DNA of 64,000 bases from Spirochaetaceae bacterium 4572_59 (GTDB taxonomy: Bacteria; Spirochaetota; Spirochaetia; DSM-2461). The stretch is from the NCBI GenBank assembly GCA_002084805.1, contig NBMC01000005.1, positions 29,520 through 93,519 of the forward strand. The letters run 5' to 3'. The notes under the pieces were generated by a model. It worked only from the letters and a program-made list of their open reading frames with translations, searched no databases and was not told where the DNA came from. The position numbers and the translations under genes are program-made. Of the stretch, positions 31,141 to 39,300 are shown one piece after another (within the stretch, counting starts at the first letter, position 1; each line of letters starts with the position of its first letter).

Positions 31141-33017
31141 ATACATTCTACCGGGCTGTTGGCAAAGTGCAGAGTCCGGACAGATTCTGAATCCATAGGA
31201 TGGGCATAAAAAAATCCCTGATGAATATGACAGCCCATCCTTTTCAGTATATCGATTTGAGCCTGAGTCTCTACTCCCTCGGCAATAATCTCCATATCCA
31301 GACTATTGGCCATATTTATAATGGCCTGTATAAAATTTTCATTCTCTTCAGCCATCTGAATCAATGACTGATCAAGTTTAAGATTATTAAGGGGCAATCG
31401 GCATAGAAGAGCTAAATTAGAATATCCTGTACCAAAATCATCCATAGAAAGACTGATTCCCAATTCGTTCAGCTTTTTAATTTTGAAAAGAGAATCCTCC
31501 CCTCCTTTCAGAACAGAATTTTCTGTAATTTCCAGCTTAATCCACTTACCGGGAAGATTCTCTTCCTTCAGAACTTTCTCAATTTTGAAGACAAAATCTT
31601 TCCGGATGAATTCATCAGGAGTGATGTTCACAGAAATAAATAGAGGATCATCATTATGATAGGTATTAACTTCCCTGATAAAAGAAGAGGCCCTGCGAAT
31701 CAGATACTGACTCAACTCATCGAGAATATCATGTTTTTCTGCAATGGGTATAAAAAGTCCGGGAGAAAGAATCCCATACTGGGGATGATTCCACCGTGCC
31801 AGCACCTCATAGCCATACAGAAAGGAAGTGCCTTCACTATCCAAACGGACAATGGGTTGATAATAGGGAATAATCTCACCATTAAGAATTGCCATCTCAA
31901 AGTTTTTTTCAAGTTCATACTCAAAGGTTAACGTCTTATACATATCGTCGGTATAAGAGAAAAGAGAGCTGCCATCATTATTTTTTGACTCCATCAGGGC
32001 GGCATAACTCTTTTTTATAAGTTCTTCTACATTTTCATCACAACCTGAAGCCCACTGAACCATTCCAGCATGAACGCTGATTTTCACAAGAGAGTTGTCC
32101 AGGACAAGACGGGTATCCAGTGATTCACAAATGCGCTGATAGATATTTTCCGGCGAGAGTTCTGTAGAATCAGCCGATTCCAGAATAAGAAGAAATTCAT
32201 CCTCTGAAAAACGGCAGACAGTGTCTTCCTGACGAACAGACTGCTGCAAAATGTCTGCTATATGTTTAATTATTTTATTAGCTCCAACTGTTCCGAAAAT
32301 CTCAGTATGATGGGAGTGCTTATCCGGTGAAATCATCAATAAACTGAACTTACCGCAAGCTACTCTTTTTCCCATATTGATTAAATGTTGAATACGCTCA
32401 ATACAGAGGGCTCTGTTGAGAAGCCCTGTTTCAGGATCATAAAAAGTAAGATAATTCAGCTGTCTTGAAAGAGCATTTTTTTCATGCACTTCTTTTTTCA
32501 ACAGGTATTTTCTATAAGCGAGGCTCGATAACTGATTGGCAAAAAGCTGAAGGATTTCGAGAATCATCTTAAATCCGTCTTCATCCATACTCCGAATATC
32601 ATCAAGGGAGTCCAGGACCCATGACCTTTCCAATTCAAGACTGTCCGTATAACGGAGGATTTTACCAAAATCAAATTCAGCGGGCTTCAACTGGCCGATA
32701 ATCCAATTTGCAATATGCTTTTCACCTACATATATTTTAGCCCCGGACTCCCATAATCCTATACTGGGACAGCGGTGAATCTGAATATCATTAGAATCAT
32801 TGAGACAGTAATTGCCATTGATCCTTTGACAATTTTTTTTCCCCTGTGGATGCTGACGAATAGCACTACAGAGAGTACAGAATCCAGTGAACCCGGTAAT
32901 AGAAGATCCATCTACATCGGTTATAAGTGATGAAACTCCGGTGATTTTCGAAAATTTTTCTTGTAAAACCTGTATTTCTTCCTTTTCGAGGATATTAGTA
33001 AGAGTATTTATGGGCAT
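31137..33017 (-). CDS. PocR sensor / degenerate GGDEF / EAL domain protein (c-di-GMP phosphodiesterase-like)
   Basis: 626 aa. N-terminus is PocR-like (ITGVSSLITDVDGSSITGFTGFCTLCSAIRQHPQGKKNCQ). The GGDEF position reads SEDEF, preceded by RQED at I-site spacing. EAL motifs are intact: EVLAR, EITE, DDFGTGYSNL, KLDQS, EGVE, QGFFYAHP. Confidence 0.85.
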   Translation of the reverse strand: MPINTLTNILEKEEIQVLQEKFSKITGVSSLITDVDGSSITGFTGFCTLCSAIRQHPQGKKNCQRINGNYCLNDSNDIQIHRCPSIGLWESGAKIYVGEKHIANWIIGQLKPAEFDFGKILRYTDSLELERSWVLDSLDDIRSMDEDGFKMILEILQLFANQLSSLAYRKYLLKKEVHEKNALSRQLNYLTFYDPETGLLNRALCIERIQHLINMGKRVACGKFSLLMISPDKHSHHTEIFGTVGANKIIKHIADILQQSVRQEDTVCRFSEDEFLLILESADSTELSPENIYQRICESLDTRLVLDNSLVKISVHAGMVQWASGCDENVEELIKKSYAALMESKNNDGSSLFSYTDDMYKTLTFEYELEKNFEMAILNGEIIPYYQPIVRLDSEGTSFLYGYEVLARWNHPQYGILSPGLFIPIAEKHDILDELSQYLIRRASSFIREVNTYHNDDPLFISVNITPDEFIRKDFVFKIEKVLKEENLPGKWIKLEITENSVLKGGEDSLFKIKKLNELGISLSMDDFGTGYSNLALLCRLPLNNLKLDQSLIQMAEENENFIQAIINMANSLDMEIIAEGVETQAQIDILKRMGCHIHQGFFYAHPMDSESVRTLHFANSPVECI

Positions 33018-33071
33018 GAACTTCCTGGCATATTTTTTACTGAATTATAAATTTTATAATTATTATACTCT

Positions 33072-33130
33072 GAATATTTAGGAATATTCAGGAATATTCA
33101 GGAATATTCGATGTAGAATATATGAATATT
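33072..33130. repeat. phased GAATATT(C) boxes upstream of the c-di-GMP gene
   Basis: GAATATT occurs at 33072, 33082, 33092 and 33102, an exact 10-bp period. Three copies are the perfect palindrome GAATATTC. A further copy lies at 33124. Confidence 0.85.
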
Positions 33131-33187
33131 AGCTGTAGATATTGGCTTGAAAAGCTACGCGACTTATGTTTCAATTCGCGCTTAATC

Positions 33188-33229
33188 AAAAAAAGAGAAT
33201 ATCACAGCGAGCTGTGATATTCTCTTTTT
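33188..33229 (-). terminator. bidirectional rho-independent terminator downstream of ssrA
   Basis: Perfect inverted repeat gagaatatcacagc (33195-33208) / gctgtgatattctc (33211-33224), flanked by A7 (33188-33194) and T5 (33225-29). It starts 3 nt after the tmRNA 3' end. Confidence 0.8.
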
Positions 33230-33231
33230 AA

Positions 33232-33609
33232 TGGAGGTGGCGGGAGTCGAACCCGCGTCCTATTGGGCGTTGCATAAGCCTCTACAAGTTTAGTTTCTTA
33301 TTGTAATTCGGATAAAACAAGGGAAAGAAACGACCCCGAATTAACCTACTTCCGGAAAGATTTCCCCCCTCAGTCCCGGGCTAAAGAAAGGGTAAGTTCT
33401 GGTTTCTGGCGGATATTCGCACCCTCAGAACGGCGTGTACGATATCCGTCGCAACACTTAATTAAGCTGCGATTGCAAGTGCGGAGTTATCGAAAGAAAC
33501 GATAACTTCATCATTGTTTTTGGCACTTATCAAAAAGGTAGTTTAAGGAGGTAACGCTCCACTTGCAGCCCACACCCCGGGCTCCAACAGTCGAAACCTT
33601 TACACCCCC
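33232..33609 (-). ncRNA. ssrA: transfer-messenger RNA (tmRNA)
   Basis: 5' end is GGGGGTGTAAAGGTTTCGAC and 3' end is GGACGCGGGTTCGACTCCCGCCACCTCCA. The acceptor stem has the G3:U70 alanine identity pair and CCA is not encoded. Internal tag ORF 33524..33462 encodes AKNNDEVIVSFDNSALAIAA*. Confidence 0.9.
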
Positions 33610-33628
33610 AATTAAGAATGCAGAGACA

Positions 33629-33657
33629 ATTTTAGAGTGTTATCCACTTTGAGTCAA
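33629..33657 (-). promoter_or_regulatory. candidate sigma70-type promoter for ssrA
   Basis: Minus strand reads TTGACT (33657-33652), a 17-nt spacer, then TAAAAT (33634-33629). This is about 19 nt upstream of the mature 5' end. Confidence 0.55.
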
Positions 33658-33693
33658 TATAAGATGGATAAACTGTTTTTAATATTATCAGGA

Positions 33694-34788
33694 TCAGATA
33701 AGAGAATAAACAGTATTCCCTTCCAGTAAAGTAGTTGAAACGATGAAATCTTCAACATCCATACTTTTTTTATTTTCAATTTTTTTCATTAGAATAGAAA
33801 CAGAAGCTCTCGCAATTGTTTCGAAATCCTGAGCAACAGTTGTCAGGTCAATTGAGCTGTCTGTTAAATACCTCAGATTGTCAAAACCGACCAAAGACAA
33901 GTCCTCAGGAACACGGATATGCAATTCCTGTGCCGCATTGATTAGGCGGTAGGCAATAAGGTCATTTACACAAAACACCGCCGTGATTCCACGGTCCATC
34001 AGCTTTTTCAGAATGAGAACTGCTTCCCTATCATCCAACATACCCCGCTCATCCTCATTTTGACCGGAAAATGATGTGATAAGGATATCCCGGTCTAGAG
34101 GAATTTTACTCTTCGTCAGGGCATGACAGTAACCCTTGTATCTGTAATGAACAACATCTGTATCCTTCGCTCCGATAAATCCGATCCTACGATGCCCCTT
34201 TGCAGTCAGATAGGAGACAGCTTCGTAGGCACCCTGAAAATTATCGGCCGATACAACAGGTAATGAAAGTTCCTCCAGCTTTCTGTCCAGTAAAACCATG
34301 GGGAAACCTTCAATATTCATTGTGCTTAAAGAAGCAATATTTCTATTACTGATAGGGTAAATGACTGCCCCAGCAATATTATGGGAGGCTATTTGATCCA
34401 GTATCTGTTTCTCCTTACGGGTGGACTGATCTGAATAATGAATACTGCAGAGATATCCATTTTCACGACAGCTCTGACTGATTTGACGGGCATATTGCTG
34501 ACCACCCGAAAAGACATCTTCCTTATGAGGAAGAACAAGTGAAATTATTTCGGAATCTGTCTTCTTTCTTTTTATGCCGCTGCCTTTTACAAAAGAGCCT
34601 TTCCCTTTGAGTCGATATATAACATCACGAAGTTCCAGCTCCTTTAGGGCTCTGTTTACAGTGATCCTTGATGTATTAAATTCCTTGGTCAGTTGAGCTT
34701 CAGAAGGAAGTTTATCATCCTTTTGCAACTCCCCATTTTGAATACGGATTTGTAAAGTATTAATTATATTTTGATATAGAGGAATCAA
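33694..34788 (-). CDS. AraR-type regulator (GntR-family winged HTH + LacI/PBP1-type sugar-binding domain)
   Basis: 364 aa. N-terminus is GntR-like (KLPSEAQLTKEFNTSRITVNRALKELELRDVIYRLKGKGSFV). C-terminus is LacI-type periplasmic-binding fold (TAVFCVNDLIAYRLINAAQELHIRVPEDLSLVGFDN). TTG start with AGGAG 8 nt upstream. Confidence 0.85.
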   Translation of the reverse strand: MIPLYQNIINTLQIRIQNGELQKDDKLPSEAQLTKEFNTSRITVNRALKELELRDVIYRLKGKGSFVKGSGIKRKKTDSEIISLVLPHKEDVFSGGQQYARQISQSCRENGYLCSIHYSDQSTRKEKQILDQIASHNIAGAVIYPISNRNIASLSTMNIEGFPMVLLDRKLEELSLPVVSADNFQGAYEAVSYLTAKGHRRIGFIGAKDTDVVHYRYKGYCHALTKSKIPLDRDILITSFSGQNEDERGMLDDREAVLILKKLMDRGITAVFCVNDLIAYRLINAAQELHIRVPEDLSLVGFDNLRYLTDSSIDLTTVAQDFETIARASVSILMKKIENKKSMDVEDFIVSTTLLEGNTVYSLI

Positions 34789-34834
34789 ATCATCATCTCC
34801 TTGAATTTTACAACAATCTATAATTCCAGAATAA

Positions 34835-34919
34835 GCATGTCAAGAATATAAGTATAGCACAACTTGATATGTCATGTCTTATTATATTCTCATAGAACTT
34901 TAACTTGACATGTCATGTA
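34835..34919. promoter_or_regulatory. three copies of a CTTGAYATG(TCA) operator-like box in the divergent regulator/ABC promoter region
   Basis: gcatgtcaag (34835-44, inverted), aacttgatatgtcatgtc (34861-78) and aacttgacatgtcatgta (34902-19). The last contains the perfect palindrome TGACATGTCA. TTGACA motifs in the outer copies have TAGATT (minus) and TAAGGT (plus) at 17-nt spacing. Confidence 0.5.
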
Positions 34920-34970
34920 TGCCATATTAAGGTAATTGTAATTGTCCTTATATTAAATGGAGGTTATTTA

Positions 34971-36209
34971 ATGAAAAGAATAGGATTAGCCCTCGTTCTT
35001 ATTACTCTAATGTTGGCGACTGGTCTTTTTGCCGGTGGTCAATCCGAAGAAATGGGACCCACAAAATTGATTGTGTCTTCCCGCCTATACTCACAACCAG
35101 GAGAACAACAGTTTCTCATCGATGAAATTTTTGCTGATTTTGAAGAAGCCAACAACTGCGTTGTTATGTTCGAAATTATGGAAGATGATCCTCTACTGAA
35201 AAGAGCCGCTTTTCAGAAAGAATCCGGTAGAATCAATACGGATGTTGTTATAGTCCATGACAGTAGAATGGCCGAATGGATGAATAATGACTATGTTGTT
35301 CCCCTTCCCGTTGATGATTGGAAAGACCGAACTTTTTCCAAGGCTTTCAAAGAAAGCATCTCCATGGACGGAAAAACCTATTTCGCACCTGTCGGAGGTG
35401 ATGTCTACCTGATGCTGGCAAATAAAAAAGCCCTGCCCTACCTCCCCGCCACTGCCGATGTACAGGATCTGAGCTGGGAAGAATATGTAGACTGGGCCGT
35501 TGCCATTGCCAAAGGCGAAGACGAAGGAAAGGCAGCTGTAACAGGTGTACCCATGAAATCTCTGATCTATATGTATGGTGGAATGTTTCTCTCCTATGGT
35601 GGCGAATTCCCTGTAATTAACTCCCCCGGTGCCATCAAAGCATGGGAAATTCTTACAAAAATGAAGGATGCCTACACCCCCACTGTAAATACCTATGACA
35701 ATGTCTCTTCTCCCATGAAAACAGGAGAAGCCTGGCTAACAGTAGCCCATATGGTTCGCTGTGGAGAAGCATACAAATCCAATCCTTCCGGTTATGTACT
35801 GGCCCCTGCTCCCAAAGGCCCCATGGGCATCGGCTCTATAGCCGGAACCAGCGGTTTTGCAGTAGTAAAGGGCGCTCCCAACGCAGATTTGGCAATGAAG
35901 TTCATCGAATACATGACGGAACCTGAAATGGCTGTCAATATAGCCCGTGGAACTGGCGGATTTATTCCTCCCATCGACGAAGCCATTGCGAAACTTGGGG
36001 ACTCTCTTGAAGATGAAATTATCGCTAAGGGTATCAATGTTATGAAAAACGGTATTGTATCCGGTGTTCCCGGTGGTGATTACAGCTCCTGGGGTGCTGT
36101 AAAACAGGTTTATGATGATGCCTTCCAGGAACTGATCCTGAACAAAGGGACCATAGACAAAGCATACCTTGATGCCGCTCAGGCTAAGATCAACGGACTG
36201 AAAAAATAA
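34971..36209 (+). CDS. ABC transporter extracellular solute-binding protein (sugar-type)
   Basis: ORF trimmed to the ATG at 34971, which has GGAGG 7 nt upstream. It has signal peptide MKRIGLALVLITLMLATGLFAGG and the length and composition of family-1 SBPs. Confidence 0.88.
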   Translation: MKRIGLALVLITLMLATGLFAGGQSEEMGPTKLIVSSRLYSQPGEQQFLIDEIFADFEEANNCVVMFEIMEDDPLLKRAAFQKESGRINTDVVIVHDSRMAEWMNNDYVVPLPVDDWKDRTFSKAFKESISMDGKTYFAPVGGDVYLMLANKKALPYLPATADVQDLSWEEYVDWAVAIAKGEDEGKAAVTGVPMKSLIYMYGGMFLSYGGEFPVINSPGAIKAWEILTKMKDAYTPTVNTYDNVSSPMKTGEAWLTVAHMVRCGEAYKSNPSGYVLAPAPKGPMGIGSIAGTSGFAVVKGAPNADLAMKFIEYMTEPEMAVNIARGTGGFIPPIDEAIAKLGDSLEDEIIAKGINVMKNGIVSGVPGGDYSSWGAVKQVYDDAFQELILNKGTIDKAYLDAAQAKINGLKK

Positions 36210-36227
36210 TATCCAGTCGATTCATAA

Positions 36228-36253
36228 GACACAAGCGCTCCGGTGCTTGTGTC
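36228..36253 (+). other. intercistronic stem-loop between binding-protein and permease genes
   Basis: gacacaagc (36228-36) pairs with gcttgtgtc (36245-53), giving a 9-bp stem and 8-nt loop with no U-tract. This resembles mRNA-stabilising hairpins after SBP genes. Confidence 0.5.
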
Positions 36254-36266
36254 ACCGGAGGTTCCT

Positions 36267-37090
36267 ATGCCCAAGACACAAAGGACTATCAGAAGGAAAA
36301 GGAAGAAACAGATGATTCCCTACCTTCTAATTGCTCCTGTGGTCATCTATTATGCCGTTTTCTGGTTATTTCCTGTTATTCAGGCTATCAGCGGCAGTTT
36401 TATTTCAGCCCCCCTGTCCAAGGGTGCCTGGAATTTGTTCTGGCCTTCGGTCTAGCACTTCTCATTAATATTAAATTCAAGGGCTCGGGATTATTCCTGT
36501 TTATAGCACTTATCCCTATGGCACTTCCTGCGGTTGCAGTGGGTGCTATGTGGAACAGTGGTCTTGCCAGCTACGGCTGGCTGAACTCTTTCCTTATCAG
36601 AATGCATATTATCAATGCAGCCGATAAGTTCATCTTTCTGGGAGGTAATAACATACAACGGATGTTTCTAATTATCATCGTTGATGCCTGGCAAGTTATT
36701 CCTTTTATGATGGTTATACTTCTTTCTGGAATGCAGGGACTTAAGCCCGAACTTTTTGAAGCAGGATATGTATTCGGAGGCAATAAACTTCAGGTTCTCC
36801 GTAAGATTACCATCCCCCTTATGAAGCAGACCATTACCACAGCTATGATTCTCAGGATTATTGCTGCTATACAGATATGGCTTATTATCGTCATGCTCTT
36901 TGGATTCAACCGCCTGCCCGTTCTGCTGGAACAGATTGTTCTCAATGTAGATCAGTATACCGGTGCGGAAGAGTTTTTTAGAAAAGGGATGGCTCTCTCG
37001 GTCATTGTTGCCCTCATCGTTTCAGCGGTTTCCCTTATCTATCTGAAAGTATCGGGAGCCTTTGATGAACCCCCAGGAAAGGGAGTTTAA
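36267..37090 (+). pseudogene. ABC sugar permease (MalF/UgpA-like), reading frame broken
   Basis: N-terminal TM1 (MPKTQRT...IPYLLIAPVVIYYAVFWLFPVIQAISGSF) is in one frame and stops at 36455. The rest (LEFVLAFGLALLINIKFKGSGLFLFIALIPMALPAVAVGAMW... with EAA loop FEAGYVFGGNKLQVLRKITIPL) is open from about 36422 in another frame. A C6 run at 36409-36414 sits at the switch. Confidence 0.75.
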
Positions 37091-37092
37091 TC

Positions 37093-38190
37093 ATGGGAAA
37101 AAGACTAAAACAGAAGATGTACCGCTCTGTCAAAACCACGACCCTGTATATCGTCATTACGGGTGTAGCCATGATGCTGATTTTTCCGATGTTCTTTCTT
37201 TTTATATTTTCACTGATGTCCGACTATGAAAGCTACTCAGAATGGCCCAAACCTCTCCTCCCCTCTATTAATACAGATTTTAGGATGGAACGACTGAATG
37301 ATGTTTCAGATGAAGCCACCTATGGACTTTTAATATTTAATCATTCGGAAGATAAATATATGCCCTTTGGTCCTGAATCCTCTAGCAGAGAGAAAAAATC
37401 CTTAAGAAAGCTAAGCAACTTTATTCGGAATTATTCCAACTGCGAACTTGGGCAGGAAGAGATTTTGGATCTAATGAATCAGGTTGATCAGAACACAAGA
37501 GTAGACTTTACCCTTAAAAAGGGTCTGCTCAATAATTACGAGAGGTTCTTCAAGCTTTATTCGGGAGCCTTTAATTCAATAATTGCCAGTTTAACAACGG
37601 CCCTCTTTACCATCCTTATCAGTCTAAGCATTGGAGGAATGGCCGGATATGCCTTTGCCCGTTATGTTTTTAAAGGAAAAAATATCCTGAAACTAAGCGT
37701 TCTATTTGTAAGAATGTTTCCTCCTGTGGCTATTGCACTACCCATGGTTATTACTCTTGGCAAGATGGGGCTTTATGACAAGCCGGCAGGACTCAGCCTG
37801 ATCTATTCTATCAATCAGATATCACTGAGTATCTGGATTACAGCCAGTATTTTTATGGGGATTCCCGAATCTCTGGAAGAAGCCGCTCAGATCTTCGGCA
37901 CAACTAGAGTTGGTGCTTTCTTTAAAATAACCCTTCCCCTGGCTGTTCCCGGTTTAGCCGCTTGTGCCATGTATTCCTTTATCTATTCCTGGAATGAAGT
38001 AATCAATGCCCTGATTCTGACTCAATTCAATCCGACCCTGCCTGTCATTGTGTATCGTTCCCTACTGGGAGCAAATGCCCAGGTCCAGCTTATTGCTGCG
38101 GGTTCCGTAGCCCAGGCTCTGCCTGCCATCATCTTTACCCTGTTCATCCGGAAGTACATTCTCCAGATGTGGGGCGGCGTAAAAGTTTAA
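37093..38190 (+). CDS. ABC sugar permease (MalG/UgpE-like) with enlarged first periplasmic loop
   Basis: 365 aa with EAA loop EEAAQIFGTTRVGAFFKITLPLAVPG. There are about 100 extra residues between TM1 and TM2. Confidence 0.9.
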   Translation: MGKRLKQKMYRSVKTTTLYIVITGVAMMLIFPMFFLFIFSLMSDYESYSEWPKPLLPSINTDFRMERLNDVSDEATYGLLIFNHSEDKYMPFGPESSSREKKSLRKLSNFIRNYSNCELGQEEILDLMNQVDQNTRVDFTLKKGLLNNYERFFKLYSGAFNSIIASLTTALFTILISLSIGGMAGYAFARYVFKGKNILKLSVLFVRMFPPVAIALPMVITLGKMGLYDKPAGLSLIYSINQISLSIWITASIFMGIPESLEEAAQIFGTTRVGAFFKITLPLAVPGLAACAMYSFIYSWNEVINALILTQFNPTLPVIVYRSLLGANAQVQLIAAGSVAQALPAIIFTLFIRKYILQMWGGVKV

Positions 38191-38211
38191 CAAGAGAGAG
38201 AGGAAAATAGT

Positions 38212-39300
38212 ATGGCTGTATTGCAATTAGAGGATTTAGCTAAAAGATATGACAAAAAAGTATGGGGCGTCCGTAGAATGGACCTGGAAGTGAAAGATAA
38301 AGAGTTTATCGTCTTTTTGGGACCCTCAGGATGCGGTAAAACAACCTGTATGAGAATGATAGCAGGTCTGGAGGAAACGACCAGGGGCTGCATAACCCTC
38401 GATGGCCTGAATATAACCGATTTGGCCCCTCGTGACCGAAATATATCCATGGTATTCCAGAATTATGCAATCTGGCCCCATATGACTGTCTTTGAAAATA
38501 TCGCCTTTTCTCTCAAATTAAAGGGAATGGCTAAGGATGAGATCAGGAAAAATGTTGTTGATGTGGCCGAAATGGTCAAGATTGAACAGCTCCTGGATCG
38601 TTTTCCCGGTCAGATGTCCGGTGGACAGCAGCAGCGGGTAGCCCTGGCCCGTGCTCTGGCGGTAAAACCAAAACTGTTTCTCATGGATGAACCCCTCTCA
38701 AACCTGGATGCCAAACTCCGTGTTGTTATGAGAACCGAACTTAAGGCCATTCACCAGAAGACTCAGGCAACAAGTATCTTTGTAACCCATGACCAGTCCG
38801 AAGCCATGAGTATGGCCGATAGAATCGTCATAATGAGAGACGGTGAGATAATCCAAGTAGGAACTCCTGAAGACGTATACTTCAGATCTGCCGATATGTT
38901 TGTAGCCGGATTTATTGGAACTCCCCCTACCAACTTCTTTAAGGTAAAACTGAAAAAAGAGCGAAACCAGGGCGCTCTGGAACATCCCGATTTTAAATGC
39001 CCTCTGCAGAGTGATGAGTTTGCCATGATCTCTAAATATGGGCGGAAAGAACTAGTGCTGGGAATCAGACCGGAGGACTTCCAGCTCACAAAAACCGGTA
39101 AAGGAATACTGAATGCAAAAGTCCTTGTAGTTGAACCTCAGGGCTCCCATCAGGTCCTGGCTGTAGAAATTGACAACAAGATAGTTAAAACCATTATCTC
39201 CTCTGATCATAAACTATCCCCCGGAGATCCTGTATCCTTTGACCTGGATTACAGACACCTTCATTTTTTTGATACGGAAAGTGAGAAAAGAATTTCATGA
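38212..39300 (+). CDS. ABC transporter ATP-binding protein (MalK/UgpC/MsmX-type)
   Basis: 362 aa with Walker A GPSGCGKTT, signature MSGGQQQRVALARAL, Walker B LFLMDEPLSNLD, and a C-terminal TOBE-like domain. Confidence 0.95.
   Translation: MAVLQLEDLAKRYDKKVWGVRRMDLEVKDKEFIVFLGPSGCGKTTCMRMIAGLEETTRGCITLDGLNITDLAPRDRNISMVFQNYAIWPHMTVFENIAFSLKLKGMAKDEIRKNVVDVAEMVKIEQLLDRFPGQMSGGQQQRVALARALAVKPKLFLMDEPLSNLDAKLRVVMRTELKAIHQKTQATSIFVTHDQSEAMSMADRIVIMRDGEIIQVGTPEDVYFRSADMFVAGFIGTPPTNFFKVKLKKERNQGALEHPDFKCPLQSDEFAMISKYGRKELVLGIRPEDFQLTKTGKGILNAKVLVVEPQGSHQVLAVEIDNKIVKTIISSDHKLSPGDPVSFDLDYRHLHFFDTESEKRIS

Noticed and set aside
33072-33110. Possible CRISPR-like or minisatellite array
   Set aside because: The units are only 10 bp, directly abutting and without spacers. 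The array sits in a promoter region with no cas genes. I treat it as a regulatory repeat.
36243-36266. GTG start at 36243 for the first permease
   Set aside because: The ATG at 36267 has a GGAGG 6 nt upstream. The GTG lies inside the intercistronic hairpin.
36409-36414. Programmed ribosomal frameshift at the C6 run
   Set aside because: There is no slippery heptamer/stimulator arrangement and no precedent in this permease family. An indel (real or sequencing) is more parsimonious.
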